The notes under the pieces were generated by a model. It was not told the DNA's origin. It saw only the letters and a list, made by a program, of their open reading frames with translations, and ran no database searches. From Fibrobacteria bacterium (GTDB lineage Bacteria > Fibrobacterota > Fibrobacteria > UBA11236): 64,000 nt of DNA. Below, in pieces: positions 19,817-30,282 of this stretch (within the stretch, counting starts at the first letter, position 1; every line of letters begins with the position of its first letter). The stretch covers positions 32,001 to 96,000 of the forward strand of contig JAYTHY010000046.1 of assembly GCA_043732185.1 (NCBI GenBank), read 5' to 3'. The translations under genes and the position numbers were made by a program.

Positions 19817-20779
19817 TTGTTCTCCATCAATCTTCCTGCCACAGACGCTGAAAAAATTGAGCTCGCCGGGGAAGGCGAGAAAAATTTCATCCACCTTGAA
19901 CGCACCTACCAAGTCAAACTATTGACGCGAAATCCTGGAATAACCATCCAGGCCGAGACGGAAACAGCGGTTAGCGATGCACGCGAAGGCTTAGAAAGAC
20001 TACGCAATGCCCTGCGCACCGGCCATCAGTTAACGGACTTCTATGTTCAAGAAATGCTGGGCGGCAGTTCCACCGGGGACGGCAAAAAAGGTGATTTCAC
20101 ACCGCATTTGGAAAAGCCGATTTTAATCGACCGGTTTGGCAATCCTGTGCAGCCTAAGACTCGCGGCCAAGCCAGATTCATCAACGTCATCAAGAAACAC
20201 GATATCGTATTGGCAGGCGGACCTGCGGGCACGGGCAAGACCTTTTTGGCCGTAGCTATGGCTGTCCAGGCCCTGGAAAAGAAACTGGTTGAGCGCATTA
20301 TTCTGGTGCGCCCAGCCGTTGAATCAGGTGAAAGCCTCGGATTTCTACCCGGTATGGTCAATGATAAGATTGGTCCGTACATGCGCCCTTTGTATGATTC
20401 CCTGAGCGTCATGCTCTCACCTGAGCGCCTTAAAGAATACTGGGACGGCAACTCCATTGAAATTGCGCCTTTGGCCTACATGCGGGGACGCACTTTGGGG
20501 AAAAGCTTTATCATTCTCGATGAAGCCCAGAACACCTCCATCTCGCAGATGAAAATGTTTCTGACTCGAATTGGCTTGGGCAGCAAAGCGGTTCTCACCG
20601 GGGATGAAACTCAGGTTGACCTCGGCCAATTTGAGAAATCCGGATTCGCACATGCTCGTAAGATTTTAACCGGTATCGAAGGAATTGGCCAAATTGAGTT
20701 GACCGTGGAAGACGTGGTTCGGCACCGCCTGGTCCGAGATATCATAAAAGCCTATGAGAAATCCGGCTTTCCAGCTTAG
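19817..20779 (+). CDS. phoH: PhoH family ATPase
   Basis: GPAGTGKTFLA, LVRPAVESGESLGFLPG, APLAYMRGRTL, ILDEAQN, DVVRHRLV. Confidence 0.95.
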   Translation: MFSINLPATDAEKIELAGEGEKNFIHLERTYQVKLLTRNPGITIQAETETAVSDAREGLERLRNALRTGHQLTDFYVQEMLGGSSTGDGKKGDFTPHLEKPILIDRFGNPVQPKTRGQARFINVIKKHDIVLAGGPAGTGKTFLAVAMAVQALEKKLVERIILVRPAVESGESLGFLPGMVNDKIGPYMRPLYDSLSVMLSPERLKEYWDGNSIEIAPLAYMRGRTLGKSFIILDEAQNTSISQMKMFLTRIGLGSKAVLTGDETQVDLGQFEKSGFAHARKILTGIEGIGQIELTVEDVVRHRLVRDIIKAYEKSGFPA

Positions 20780-20881
20780 TGAAAAGTTTTCAGGTGAAAT
20801 TGTCGGCCTAACCTTGAATTGGTCACGTTTCTAACCTATTTTACCTGCTCCCTAGAAGGAAATGGACCCGGAAAAGCGTCA

Positions 20882-21085
20882 ATGAAAGACTTTTTTAGCA
20901 ATAAAAACCGAATCATCATCCTGTCTGGGGCTTTGTTGCTGATCCTTGGTTTTTACCTTTTGGGAAGAGGCCCTGCAGATAACAAAGTCGCGTTAAATAT
21001 TGCGCCTTTTGTTCTTATGGTCGCTTATGCCCTAGTCCTGCCCATCGGCATACTGATGAACAGAGACAAGGATGGGACGAAGTAA
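20882..21085 (+). CDS. Small two-TM membrane protein (DUF3098-like)
   Basis: FFSNKNRIIILSGALLLILGFYLL...LNIAPFVLMVAY pattern. Confidence 0.65.
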   Translation: MKDFFSNKNRIIILSGALLLILGFYLLGRGPADNKVALNIAPFVLMVAYALVLPIGILMNRDKDGTK

Positions 21086-21097
21086 GGCTTAGGTTTA

Positions 21098-21175
21098 GGG
21101 CGTTTAGCTCAGTTGGTTTAGAGCATCTGCTTTACACGCAGAGGGTCGGGGGTTCAAATCCCTCAACGCCCACCA
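21098..21175 (+). tRNA. tRNA-Val (TAC)
   Basis: GGGCGTT acceptor stem, TAGCTCAG D-arm, CTGC-TTTACAC-GCAG anticodon arm, GGTTCAAATCC, encoded CCA. Confidence 0.97.
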
Positions 21176-21183
21176 GCTGGCCC

Positions 21184-21260
21184 GGAGTGGTAGCTCAATT
21201 GGTTAGAGTACTAGCCTGTCACGCTAGGGGTTGCGGGTTCAAGTCCCGTCCATTCCGCCA
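21184..21260 (+). tRNA. tRNA-Asp (GTC)
   Basis: GGAGTGG/CCATTCC acceptor stem, CTAGC-CTGTCAC-GCTAG anticodon arm, GGTTCAAGTCC, encoded CCA. Confidence 0.97.
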
Positions 21261-21266
21261 TCTTAA

Positions 21267-21326
21267 CCAACCTGGGGTGGGTCTTCTCTGAAAAGGGAAG
21301 ACCCACTGCCACGGTTGGGAATTTTT
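21267..21326 (+). terminator. Long hairpin with GAAA tetraloop after the tRNA pair (terminator or processing stem)
   Basis: 13-bp core GTGGGTCTTCTCT-GAAA-AGGGAAGACCCAC, extended by CCAACC/GGTTGG, then ATTTTT. Confidence 0.6.
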
Positions 21327-21362
21327 CTGGAAAATTCGTCCAAAATGAGGTAGGGTGATCCT

Positions 21363-23600
21363 GTGCCCCTAAAATGCCTGCTATCTCCTTACGAATTATC
21401 GCTACTTGAAAATTGTGCCAGCTTCGATCCCTTTCTGAATCTTGGCTATCATCACGTAGTCCACAACAAGCAAACCATCGGAATCATCAGGGTTTTCAAT
21501 CCACAATTCAAAAAGGTGGAGCTCCTTTGGGATGAAGGCACTGCCGAATGCGGGCTTGTTTCAGGAACGGGTTGCTTCGAATGCCTATTCCCCTCCAAGC
21601 TGGAATTCTTTCCCTATCGTATCCGAGCCACTTTTCAGTCTGGCCAGATTTACGAGTATGAGGATCCCTACTCCATCCTCCCGGTTCTGTCCGACTATGA
21701 CGGCTATCTATTTGCGAAAGGAACCCATTACCAAATCTGGAAAAAAATGGGAGCCAACCCGATAACCCATCAGGGGCAGGCTGGTGTGCATTTTGCCGTT
21801 TGGGCACCAAATGCCAAAGGTGTCGCCGTTATTGGGGATTTCAATGGTTGGAATGGACGCAGCCATATGCTGCGGAAACTTTCTTCGGCCGGTATTTGGG
21901 AAATATTCATTCCAGCCTTAACTCCCGGCCCCAAATACAAATTTCTGATTCACACTCTTGGTGGTGTCTTGGTGGAAAAGATGGATCCCTACGCCAAGGA
22001 AGCGGAGCTTCGACCTAAAACTGCCGCAATTATCACGGACCCTACCCCATATCTATGGCATGATGACGCATGGGCTGCGGAGAGGCCAAACCTACAAAGG
22101 GACAACCAACCCATTTCCGTTTACGAAGTGCATTTGGGATCCTGGCAGAAATCACCTGGTCGGGAGTCCGGTTTTCTCGAATACCATGAATTGGCCGAAA
22201 GGCTTATTCCCTATGCCAAAGGTATGGGTTATACGCATCTCGAGTTGATGCCTATTCAGGAACACCCACTGGATGAAAGTTGGGGCTACCAGGTCCTGGG
22301 TTACTACTCCCCCACCAAACGGTTTGGCACACCTAAAGGCTTCAAAGACTTTGTGGACCGCTGCCATCAAGCTGGCTTAGGCGTTTTGTTGGATTGGGTT
22401 CCAGCCCACTTTCCTTCCGACGAGCACGGGCTGGATTTCTTTGACGGCACGCAATTGTATGCGCATGAAGACCCGCGCAAAGGAAGCCATCCTCAATGGG
22501 GCACGCGCATTTTCAATTACAGTCGGCATGAGGTCAGCAATTTCCTGATTGCCAATGCCCTGTATTGGATGGAAGAGTTTCATATCGACGGACTGCGCGT
22601 AGATGCGGTTGCTTCCATGCTTTATCTGGATTATGCTCGGGAAGACGGCGCTTGGATTCCCAATCCGGACGGCAGCAATACCAACCATGAAGCGGTAGAA
22701 TTCCTTAAACATTTGAACTCGATGATTTTAAAACATTATCCCCATCGACTTATGATCGCTGAAGAAAGTTCTGCTTTTCCAGGCGTCACGCACGACCTTG
22801 ATAAAGGGGGGCTGGGATTTCACTATAAATGGAGCCTGGGCTGGATGAACGACATCCTGGCCTATCTAGCCAAGGATCCGCTATACCGTCGCTATCATCA
22901 AAATTTGTTGACCTTTGAAATGTCCTACGCTTTTTCGGAACGCTTTGCACTGGTCCTTTCGCATGATGAAGTGGTACATGGCAAGGGTTCCTTGCCGAAT
23001 AAAATGCCCGGTGACGATTGGCAAAAATTTGCCAATGTGCGGTCGGCTTTTGCTTATCTCTTCGCGCACCCAGGTAAGAAGCTGCATTTTATGGGATTGG
23101 AATTTGGTCAATACGCGGAATGGAATCCCGGCGTGTCCCTGGACTGGCACCTGCTCCAGCAAGACCGCCATAAAGGGCTACAGAGCTTAGTGCGGGACTT
23201 GAACACCATCTATCGGCAGGAGCCGGCGCTCTATGAACTGGACTCTTCCTATGCCGGGTTTCAATGGGTAGATTTTCAGGACCAGGAAAACAATATCGTT
23301 TCCTTTTTGCGCAAAGGTGAGCACCGTGACGGTGATGAACGTCAGGAATTGATTTTGTGCTTATTCAATTTTAGTCCCGTCCCACGGCATAATTACCGCG
23401 TAGGCGTTCCATTAGAGGGTTTCTACCATGAAATCTTCAATAGCGATTCATTGGTATATGGCGGTGGAAATGTGGGTAATCTGGGTGGCAAACGCACGGT
23501 GACTTCACCTATGCACAACTTTGCACACTCGCTGGAATTGACCGCTCCTCCATTGGCAGCCTGCTTTTTCAAGTTCCAGGGCGACGGTAAAGCTCCTTAG
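21363..23600 (+). CDS. glgB: 1,4-alpha-glucan branching enzyme (GH13_9)
   Basis: FAVWAPNA, YEVHLGSW, SWGYQ, DWVPAHFP, DGLRVDAVASMLYLDY, IAEES, LSHDEVVHGK. Confidence 0.97.
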   Translation: MPLKCLLSPYELSLLENCASFDPFLNLGYHHVVHNKQTIGIIRVFNPQFKKVELLWDEGTAECGLVSGTGCFECLFPSKLEFFPYRIRATFQSGQIYEYEDPYSILPVLSDYDGYLFAKGTHYQIWKKMGANPITHQGQAGVHFAVWAPNAKGVAVIGDFNGWNGRSHMLRKLSSAGIWEIFIPALTPGPKYKFLIHTLGGVLVEKMDPYAKEAELRPKTAAIITDPTPYLWHDDAWAAERPNLQRDNQPISVYEVHLGSWQKSPGRESGFLEYHELAERLIPYAKGMGYTHLELMPIQEHPLDESWGYQVLGYYSPTKRFGTPKGFKDFVDRCHQAGLGVLLDWVPAHFPSDEHGLDFFDGTQLYAHEDPRKGSHPQWGTRIFNYSRHEVSNFLIANALYWMEEFHIDGLRVDAVASMLYLDYAREDGAWIPNPDGSNTNHEAVEFLKHLNSMILKHYPHRLMIAEESSAFPGVTHDLDKGGLGFHYKWSLGWMNDILAYLAKDPLYRRYHQNLLTFEMSYAFSERFALVLSHDEVVHGKGSLPNKMPGDDWQKFANVRSAFAYLFAHPGKKLHFMGLEFGQYAEWNPGVSLDWHLLQQDRHKGLQSLVRDLNTIYRQEPALYELDSSYAGFQWVDFQDQENNIVSFLRKGEHRDGDERQELILCLFNFSPVPRHNYRVGVPLEGFYHEIFNSDSLVYGGGNVGNLGGKRTVTSPMHNFAHSLELTAPPLAACFFKFQGDGKAP

Positions 23601-26338
23601 AAGCCCAGGCCCTTAAGTACTTTCTTTCCCTGCTTCTTGCCCTCATCGGTGACTTTCTTTTTCTGCTCATCGGCCTGCTGCTGTAATTTCTGTTTTTCTG
23701 CATCCAGCCTAGCCTTGGCTTCTCCTTCGAGTTTAGCCTTCTCTGCTTCCGCTCTGACTTTGAGTTCGTCCTTCTTTTTGTTAAAAGCATCCGTCAGGGC
23801 ATTCTTAGCACCGGCTCCAGCTTCCGATGCCATGCGTTTGGAGTCCAGGGCAAAGCTTGGCTTGGACAACAATCCACCAATCAAAAAGTAAACAATCGCC
23901 CGACCGGCTTGATCCTTGGGAACCAAGCTGGCACCGGCTAAGGCGGGTACTTGGGTCAGTTTAGCTACTTCCGAGGTCAGGGCATTTCCTGCGCCCATAA
24001 CCGCCTGACTGAGTCCAGGCGGCAGGTGTGTTTCGAGAGCAAGGTTGAGGGAATTATCAAATCCAACCGATCCAGAAGCAGCCAACGCACCAACTACCGA
24101 TTCATTAATCCGGCAATCCTTAATCAGAAGCTTGCCACCAGCGGCCTCCATATTGGTTTTAAAATTGGAGAAGGTGAATTCATGAAAGGCCAAGGACTTG
24201 CTGACTTTGCCCAAGGCATCGGAAAGCCCTTTGACCATACCCGTCTCCAACACCTTTCCATCCAGAATGCCAAAGTCGATTTTTCCTGTAAGATTGTCAG
24301 CCATGGTTTGGGGAAGCCCATGGGTTTTAACATCCATGTTCAGATTAAATTTGCCAAAAATTGTGCTATCAGCCTTTGATAAGCTTTTCATAATGCGGTT
24401 GGACGTAGGCAGGCGGTCGTTCAGGCGGGAAATGAAATCATTTGCTTCCACCCGCGCGACGTCCAATTTTAAGGCAATATCGGCATTCGTTGTATCCTTA
24501 AGGTCCGCTTTTAAAGTCGAGGAAAATCCGCCGGAATAGAGTGAACCTTTCATGACTGATGTTAAAACACCGGCCGCCAAGGTGGCATGGGAGGTAAAAT
24601 CCGTCATGGCCAAATTCATCAATTGAGTCTTAGCCAGTTTTACTGTGATATCCGCGTCGAGTTTGGGTAGCGCAGGAAAAGCGGTCATGGGCGGGCTTTC
24701 AGCTTCCACCTTTTTGTCCCCGCCGGGAAGCAACTCATCCAAATTAAGAACAGAGGATTGCACCATCAATTTTGCGTGTGTAGTTTGGCCAGCACTGAAT
24801 TTGGGCATGAGCATAGCCAAATAGTTTATAATGGTTCCGGTAAGACTAAGATCCGATTCGCCGATATGAACGGTCAGATTTTCGCCGATCTTGTCGTTGT
24901 CAATTTTAATTTGACCATTTAACTGCACCGCTTTTGGCAGGGCTTTTGAAGCGAGGCTAACGCCTTTAAGTTCCACCTGGCCTTGCGCTTGCAAATTTTG
25001 CGGAGCCTTGGGATCAAGTGGCCCGGAGGCTTTAATCCTAGCCTGAATGAGCCCTTGACCTTTAATATCAGGTCCGGCCATGGCCAGCTTTTGGGCCAAT
25101 GGAATCAGCTTGCCTAGGTCCAGCAGCATATCCAAATTAAAATCCTTGAGGACAGGAACGGGACTATGCAGAGAGGTCACCAGTGCTTCCATGCTAACTG
25201 GGTTACCACCCAAGCTAAAGGCAAACTGTCCGAGCCTAAGACTGTCGCCGGCAACTTGCAGGTCCAGATTCAGGTTCTCGATTGCAGCAGGTAAATCTCT
25301 ATGTTTGATACCACCATCCTTAATGGTGAATTGAGCAGTCACTTCAGGAACTTTTCCGGAGTCCAACCCCCCTTTGATATTCGCCTCTAGGCTGGCTATT
25401 CCACTTGCGGTGAGCTTCGGGACATCAGGCGATAAGCCGGCAGGCACTTCCTTGAGAACCGATGCCAAATGAATATTAGGAGCCGAAAGGCTTAAGTTGA
25501 ATGCCGGTGGTTTGGTAATAAAATGGGTGGCATCACCTTTAATCACAGCGCGAATGTCCTGGAAACTCAATTCTAAAGTTTTGATCTGGAGCTTTTCAGC
25601 GGGAACATTAAGGTGGATATCGTGCCGAATGGTTATCCGGATATTGCCCGTATGGACGCCAGAAACAGAATCCGAAACTTTGATACCCAAGATTTCCAAT
25701 TTGCCTCGGGTATTTACATTTTCAAGCCGCTGGTCCAAGTCCAAGGAAACGGCTTGGTTGATTCGGTCCAGAATGATTTGACGTCCACTTTGTAAATCCC
25801 GAAGTCGGAATCGACCATTTTGAATCACAAAGGATTTAAGGGCAACGGCCGCCGGACTTTCAACACTTGCGGGAGCCCCGCCAGCAGCCGGATTTTTTGA
25901 AGGGTGCACTGAATCTGGTAAAGCAGACCCTGGTTCCGATTTGCCCAAGCCTTCGAAATTATTATGGCCGGTTTTGGAGACTTCGTAAAGGATTTCTGGT
26001 TCAACCAGTTTGATTTCATTAACAACCGGTGAAAACTTAAGCAGGGAAACAAAATCAATGGATAGAGCGAGTTCACGCAATTTAATACAGGGGTCCACAG
26101 AGAAGCCCTGGGCATTAGCCACATTGACCTCCGAGACGGACAGCTTCAGGTTTGGAAAAACCCGAATGGAGACGTCCTCAACAGTTACATCCCGATGCAG
26201 GGCTTCAGTACCGTGTTTATGGATCAACTCTTTAATCTTCGCCGGGGGAAAAGCGAGTTTAATGGCAAGGTAGGCACCTAAACTCAAAATCAAAAGAAGC
26301 GCGATAGCGGCGAGAATTAGTCTTTTGGCAAGTTTCAT
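23597..26338 (-). CDS. AsmA family protein
   Basis: N-terminal TM anchor, RVFPNLKLSV...EIKLVEPEI, repeated beta-taco-like segments and a charged C-terminal coiled tail. Confidence 0.85.
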   Translation of the reverse strand: MKLAKRLILAAIALLLILSLGAYLAIKLAFPPAKIKELIHKHGTEALHRDVTVEDVSIRVFPNLKLSVSEVNVANAQGFSVDPCIKLRELALSIDFVSLLKFSPVVNEIKLVEPEILYEVSKTGHNNFEGLGKSEPGSALPDSVHPSKNPAAGGAPASVESPAAVALKSFVIQNGRFRLRDLQSGRQIILDRINQAVSLDLDQRLENVNTRGKLEILGIKVSDSVSGVHTGNIRITIRHDIHLNVPAEKLQIKTLELSFQDIRAVIKGDATHFITKPPAFNLSLSAPNIHLASVLKEVPAGLSPDVPKLTASGIASLEANIKGGLDSGKVPEVTAQFTIKDGGIKHRDLPAAIENLNLDLQVAGDSLRLGQFAFSLGGNPVSMEALVTSLHSPVPVLKDFNLDMLLDLGKLIPLAQKLAMAGPDIKGQGLIQARIKASGPLDPKAPQNLQAQGQVELKGVSLASKALPKAVQLNGQIKIDNDKIGENLTVHIGESDLSLTGTIINYLAMLMPKFSAGQTTHAKLMVQSSVLNLDELLPGGDKKVEAESPPMTAFPALPKLDADITVKLAKTQLMNLAMTDFTSHATLAAGVLTSVMKGSLYSGGFSSTLKADLKDTTNADIALKLDVARVEANDFISRLNDRLPTSNRIMKSLSKADSTIFGKFNLNMDVKTHGLPQTMADNLTGKIDFGILDGKVLETGMVKGLSDALGKVSKSLAFHEFTFSNFKTNMEAAGGKLLIKDCRINESVVGALAASGSVGFDNSLNLALETHLPPGLSQAVMGAGNALTSEVAKLTQVPALAGASLVPKDQAGRAIVYFLIGGLLSKPSFALDSKRMASEAGAGAKNALTDAFNKKKDELKVRAEAEKAKLEGEAKARLDAEKQKLQQQADEQKKKVTDEGKKQGKKVLKGLGF

Positions 26339-26388
26339 GAATGGGGCTCCTGGGCAGGGAATTGCCTTAATCTAGTTTTTTGCCATTA

Positions 26389-26424
26389 AAAATGAAAACG
26401 CCACCCTAAATGAGGGTGGCGTTT
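26389..26424 (-). terminator. Intrinsic terminator
   Basis: AAACGCCACCCT-AAATG-AGGGTGGCGTTT perfect stem, with a T-rich tail on the minus strand. Confidence 0.8.
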
Positions 26425-26446
26425 GAATGAGAATTTTTAAAATGAA

Positions 26447-27058
26447 TTAAATGGTGCTAAGCGAGACCATGAAACTGGCATTGGCCTTATTGTCGGTTCC
26501 GACAATGGTTCCCACAGTCACAAGACACAGCTTTCCACCACTGGTCTTGACAATAAACTTTTCACCACCGACAATGACATTGGATGGTGACGCTGTACCG
26601 GCATCAAACGCTACCTTGGCGGCTTCTTGATCCGCAGGCATGGTGGTAATCTTGACGACTTTAAGATCCATGATTTTGGTTACATCGTAGGTATTGGTCA
26701 GATTGATGGAATTTGCAATGCCAGCAAGTCTTGCTGCAGTGGGGTTATCCATGTGGAAGGCAGCCCCGTAAAACATAAATACCAAGTCAATGCTTGGCTG
26801 TGCAGCGTTAGCGGCTGCAGAGGTTAAAGCCACTCCTGCATCAAGGTCAAGAACGGAACCCAGGGTCGCACCTTGAGCACCAGCAGAAATGGTTTTTGCA
26901 GCAACTATTGCCGTGTGGTGTGCAGTATCAACTGTGGCGACCGTGTCTTTCTTTGAATCGGTTAAGCAACCGGTCAAGGTCGTGGTGCTGACCATCATCA
27001 TGCAACCAGCGATAAATCCGCCGGCTAGAATCTTTTTCATATTACCCCAAACCATCAT
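26447..27058 (-). CDS. Hypothetical lipoprotein
   Basis: Lipobox TLTGC, AAGGAG SD, own promoter (TTGCTA-17-TATTTT) and terminator. Confidence 0.75.
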   Translation of the reverse strand: MMVWGNMKKILAGGFIAGCMMMVSTTTLTGCLTDSKKDTVATVDTAHHTAIVAAKTISAGAQGATLGSVLDLDAGVALTSAAANAAQPSIDLVFMFYGAAFHMDNPTAARLAGIANSINLTNTYDVTKIMDLKVVKITTMPADQEAAKVAFDAGTASPSNVIVGGEKFIVKTSGGKLCLVTVGTIVGTDNKANASFMVSLSTI

Positions 27059-27231
27059 AGACGCTCCTTAAGGTTTTGATTCATTCAACAACATACTTAC
27101 AGGGGTTAAAATATTAATAATTTGGGGTCATAGCAATAAAAATCGCAATTTGAGACACTTTTTATGCTTACTGAAATATATTGGCTAACTTTTTTAGGAC
27201 TATCGCGTGTTTTGTTTAAGTGACCCTGGGC

Positions 27232-29271
27232 TCAGCCAGCTTCAAGCTTCTGGATTTGGTCGCGAATATAGGCGGCTTTTTCAAACTCCAAATTATCGGC
27301 TGCTTCCTTCATTTTTTTCCGCAAATCCTTAAGTCGGACAGGCCCACGTTCCCCTTCACCTGTTTCACCGGCTTCTGCTCCCCCTGACCTGGTTCCTCCG
27401 GTATATGCCGCAGTATACGCCGCTTCCTCCTCGGCCACCAAAAGCGCGCGCAAATCGGTGGAATAGTCCACTTCGGGCATGAGCTGCAAATGCTGATGGA
27501 TTTCCCGCTGCACGCTGCGTGGCTGCATACCAGTGCGCAGATTCGATTCCTGCTGCTTGGTGCGCCTTTTATTGGTTTCATCGATGGCGTAGCGCATGCT
27601 ATCGGTCATTTTGTCCGCGTACAGCAGGACGCGACCATTCAAATGGCGAGCGGCCCGCCCGATGGTTTGGATCAGGGAACGGTTGCTTCGCAGAAAGCCT
27701 TCTTTATCGGCGTCTAGAATGATGACCAAGGAAACTTCAGGCAAATCCAGCCCTTCTCGAAGCAAATTGATCCCGACTAGAATATCGATTTCGCCTTTGC
27801 GCAATTGTTTAATGATTTCACTGCGAGCCAGGGTATCCGTATCTGAATGCATATAACTGACTTTTAGTCCGGCATTTTCCAGATACTCGGTCAAGTCCTC
27901 GGCGCTGCGCTTGGTCAGCGTGGTGATGAGGGTGCGTTCTTGCCGCTTGGTTCGCAGGGCGATTTCATTCATGATATCATCGATTTGACCCTTGGTGGGT
28001 CGGACCTCGACTTCCGGATCCAATAAGCCTGTAGGCCGAATGATCTGTTCCACCACAATGCCCCCGCTCTTGCGCAATTCATAATCCGCAGGCGTGGCCG
28101 AGACGAAAATCGTGGTGGGAATTTTGGCTTCGAATTCGGCAAATTTTAGGGGGCGATTGTCCAAGGCACAGGGCAGTCGGAAACCATAGTTGACCAGGTT
28201 TTCCTTCCGGGCCCGATCCCCGTTGTACATGGCCGATATTTGCGGAATGGTGACATGGGATTCATCGAGGATAAGCAGGTAATCCTCGCCGAAGAAATCC
28301 ATCAAGGTGGACGGCGGGGTTCCCACAGCACGGTTTTCGATAATGCGGGAATAGTTTTCCACACCCGGGCAGCGGCCTACCTCTTTCAGCATTTCCATAT
28401 CGTACATGGTGCGCTGATTGAGGCGTTGGGCTTCCAGCAATTTATTTTCATTTGTGAAAGTACGTAGCGATTCATCGAGCTCAAGGCGCATGTCCCGCAA
28501 TACCCGTTCCATGCCCTCCTCACTGGTCACATAATGGCGCGCAGGATACAAGAGCACAAGCGGCAACTGTTCCTCTTCTTCACCTGTGATCAAATTGATG
28601 CGGCGGATTTTCTCTACTTCCGGACCAAAAAATTCGAAGCGATAGGCGAAATCATTGTAGGGAGGATGCACTTCCACCACGTCCCCGCGTACGCGAAAGG
28701 TCCCTCGCTTGAAATCGATATCGTTGCGGCTGTAATAGATGTCGATCAATTTGCGTAGGAAATCACCGCGTTCAATCGAGTCGCCGACTTTGACTTCAAG
28801 CATCATTTTCCGGTACTCCACCGGGGAGCCCAATCCGTAAATGCACGATACGGAGGAAACGACGATCACGTCCCGCCGCGACATCAGCGAGGCCGTTGTG
28901 CGCAGGCGCAGCTTGTCGATTTCCTCGTTGATATTGGAATCCTTCTCAATATAAGTATCGGAAGCAGGCACATACGCTTCCGGTTGGTAGTAGTCGTAAT
29001 AGCTGACGAAATACTCTACCGCGTTCTTGGGAAAGAAGGATTTGAACTCCTGATAGAGTTGCGCCGCCAAGGTTTTATTATGGGAAATAATTAATGTGGG
29101 CTTGTCCAAAGCCTGTATTACATTGGCTATGGTGAAGGTTTTACCGGAACCGGTTACTCCCAATAAGGTTTGGAATTTTTCCCCGGATTGGCAGGCAGAA
29201 ACCAACTGGTGGATGGCAGCAGGTTGATCGCCATTTGGGGCGAATGGAGCTTCGAGTTTAAATCCGGCCAT
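27232..29271 (-). CDS. uvrB: Excinuclease ABC subunit B
   Basis: GVTGSGKT, HNKTLAAQLY, YFVSYYDYYQPEAY, GINLLREGLDLPEV and C-terminal UVR motif. ATG at 29271 preferred over TTG 29277. Confidence 0.99.
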   Translation of the reverse strand: MAGFKLEAPFAPNGDQPAAIHQLVSACQSGEKFQTLLGVTGSGKTFTIANVIQALDKPTLIISHNKTLAAQLYQEFKSFFPKNAVEYFVSYYDYYQPEAYVPASDTYIEKDSNINEEIDKLRLRTTASLMSRRDVIVVSSVSCIYGLGSPVEYRKMMLEVKVGDSIERGDFLRKLIDIYYSRNDIDFKRGTFRVRGDVVEVHPPYNDFAYRFEFFGPEVEKIRRINLITGEEEEQLPLVLLYPARHYVTSEEGMERVLRDMRLELDESLRTFTNENKLLEAQRLNQRTMYDMEMLKEVGRCPGVENYSRIIENRAVGTPPSTLMDFFGEDYLLILDESHVTIPQISAMYNGDRARKENLVNYGFRLPCALDNRPLKFAEFEAKIPTTIFVSATPADYELRKSGGIVVEQIIRPTGLLDPEVEVRPTKGQIDDIMNEIALRTKRQERTLITTLTKRSAEDLTEYLENAGLKVSYMHSDTDTLARSEIIKQLRKGEIDILVGINLLREGLDLPEVSLVIILDADKEGFLRSNRSLIQTIGRAARHLNGRVLLYADKMTDSMRYAIDETNKRRTKQQESNLRTGMQPRSVQREIHQHLQLMPEVDYSTDLRALLVAEEEAAYTAAYTGGTRSGGAEAGETGEGERGPVRLKDLRKKMKEAADNLEFEKAAYIRDQIQKLEAG

Positions 29272-29348
29272 TCCCAAAATATAGGAAAAGGAGCAAATGG
29301 CCTCCCCTACCTTTTAAACAAGGACGGGAGAGGTTTAAATCAGTGCGG

Positions 29349-30068
29349 TTAAGGAATTTGCGCCAATAGGCGAGCAGCGTCAAAGGCTTCTTTGGATTCC
29401 GGATAGACGCGGGACAGCTTTTCTGCCGTGGCCTTTTCCTTTTCCGAATTCTTTAATTCGCGGTAGGCTAGCGTCAATTTCCACAAAGCATTGGGAACGG
29501 CTGGACTCAAGTCCACCACTTCTTTGCCTTCCACATTTTCAGTGGGTGCACCGGTTTTGCGCGCGAATTTGGAGACGAACTTCTCCAGATTTTCAGCGGC
29601 CAGGGCATAATCCTTTTTTTGCAAATAGCTAGAGGCTAAGCCATGCAAGGCACCGGATGAAATGAGTGCATGGGAACTGGACTGGTCCACGGAAGCAAAG
29701 GCCTTCACGGCTTCATCATATTTGCCCTTGGAGTAGTAAATCTGGCCCAACAGAAGATTGGCTTTGTCCTGAACAAGTCGGGTGTGTCCGGTTTTGACAA
29801 AATCCAGTAGGAAGGTTTGGGCAGCATCCAATTTGTCTTCGCTATACAGGATGTAAACCGGTCCAAGCAGCTTGTTTTCGCTTGCCTGGGAGGCCACTCG
29901 ATCATTATTGAACCAGACTATTCCGGATACGGCTAAAGCAATGCCAGCCAAAATATAGGATGTCAACTTTCCAAAACGCGGCCAGAACTCGATCATAAAC
30001 CAATCCAACAAACTGGTTTCTTTTTCCTGGACTTTTTCCGTAACGGGTACTTGCTTAGAAAGGTTCAT
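29349..30068 (-). CDS. Membrane-anchored TPR protein (YfgM-like)
   Basis: Single TM helix followed by TPR helices (ANLLLGQIYYSKGKYDEA). Confidence 0.8.
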   Translation of the reverse strand: MNLSKQVPVTEKVQEKETSLLDWFMIEFWPRFGKLTSYILAGIALAVSGIVWFNNDRVASQASENKLLGPVYILYSEDKLDAAQTFLLDFVKTGHTRLVQDKANLLLGQIYYSKGKYDEAVKAFASVDQSSSHALISSGALHGLASSYLQKKDYALAAENLEKFVSKFARKTGAPTENVEGKEVVDLSPAVPNALWKLTLAYRELKNSEKEKATAEKLSRVYPESKEAFDAARLLAQIP

Positions 30069-30149
30069 CCCATCCTCTTAGTGACGGTAAAGGTGAAGAC
30101 GAGGAACCGATAGCCCTGCGGACAGATCAGCCCTGAAAAACGGCCCAGA

Positions 30150-30178
30150 AAGCTAACTAAGCAGCCCCTACTGGTCAA
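30150..30178 (-). promoter_or_regulatory. sigma70-like promoter for the TPR gene
   Basis: TTGACC-17 nt-TAGCTT on the minus strand. Confidence 0.5.
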
Positions 30179-30282
30179 GCTATTTAGGCCCATGGCTGCT
30201 CAAAAAACGCGCCTTTGGACGAGACGAGTCCAAGAGGCTGTGGTATAATCAATCAACTAGGACGCTTCATCCACGGGAAATC

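Noticed and set aside
21098..21362. tRNA pair as the attachment site of an integrated island
   Set aside because: No integrase or duplicated tRNA 3' end was seen, and the flanks are housekeeping genes.
30069..30145. Riboswitch in the 5' UTR of the TPR gene
   Set aside because: Only a short CAGGGCT(G)ATC direct repeat is present, with no recognisable aptamer consensus or terminator.
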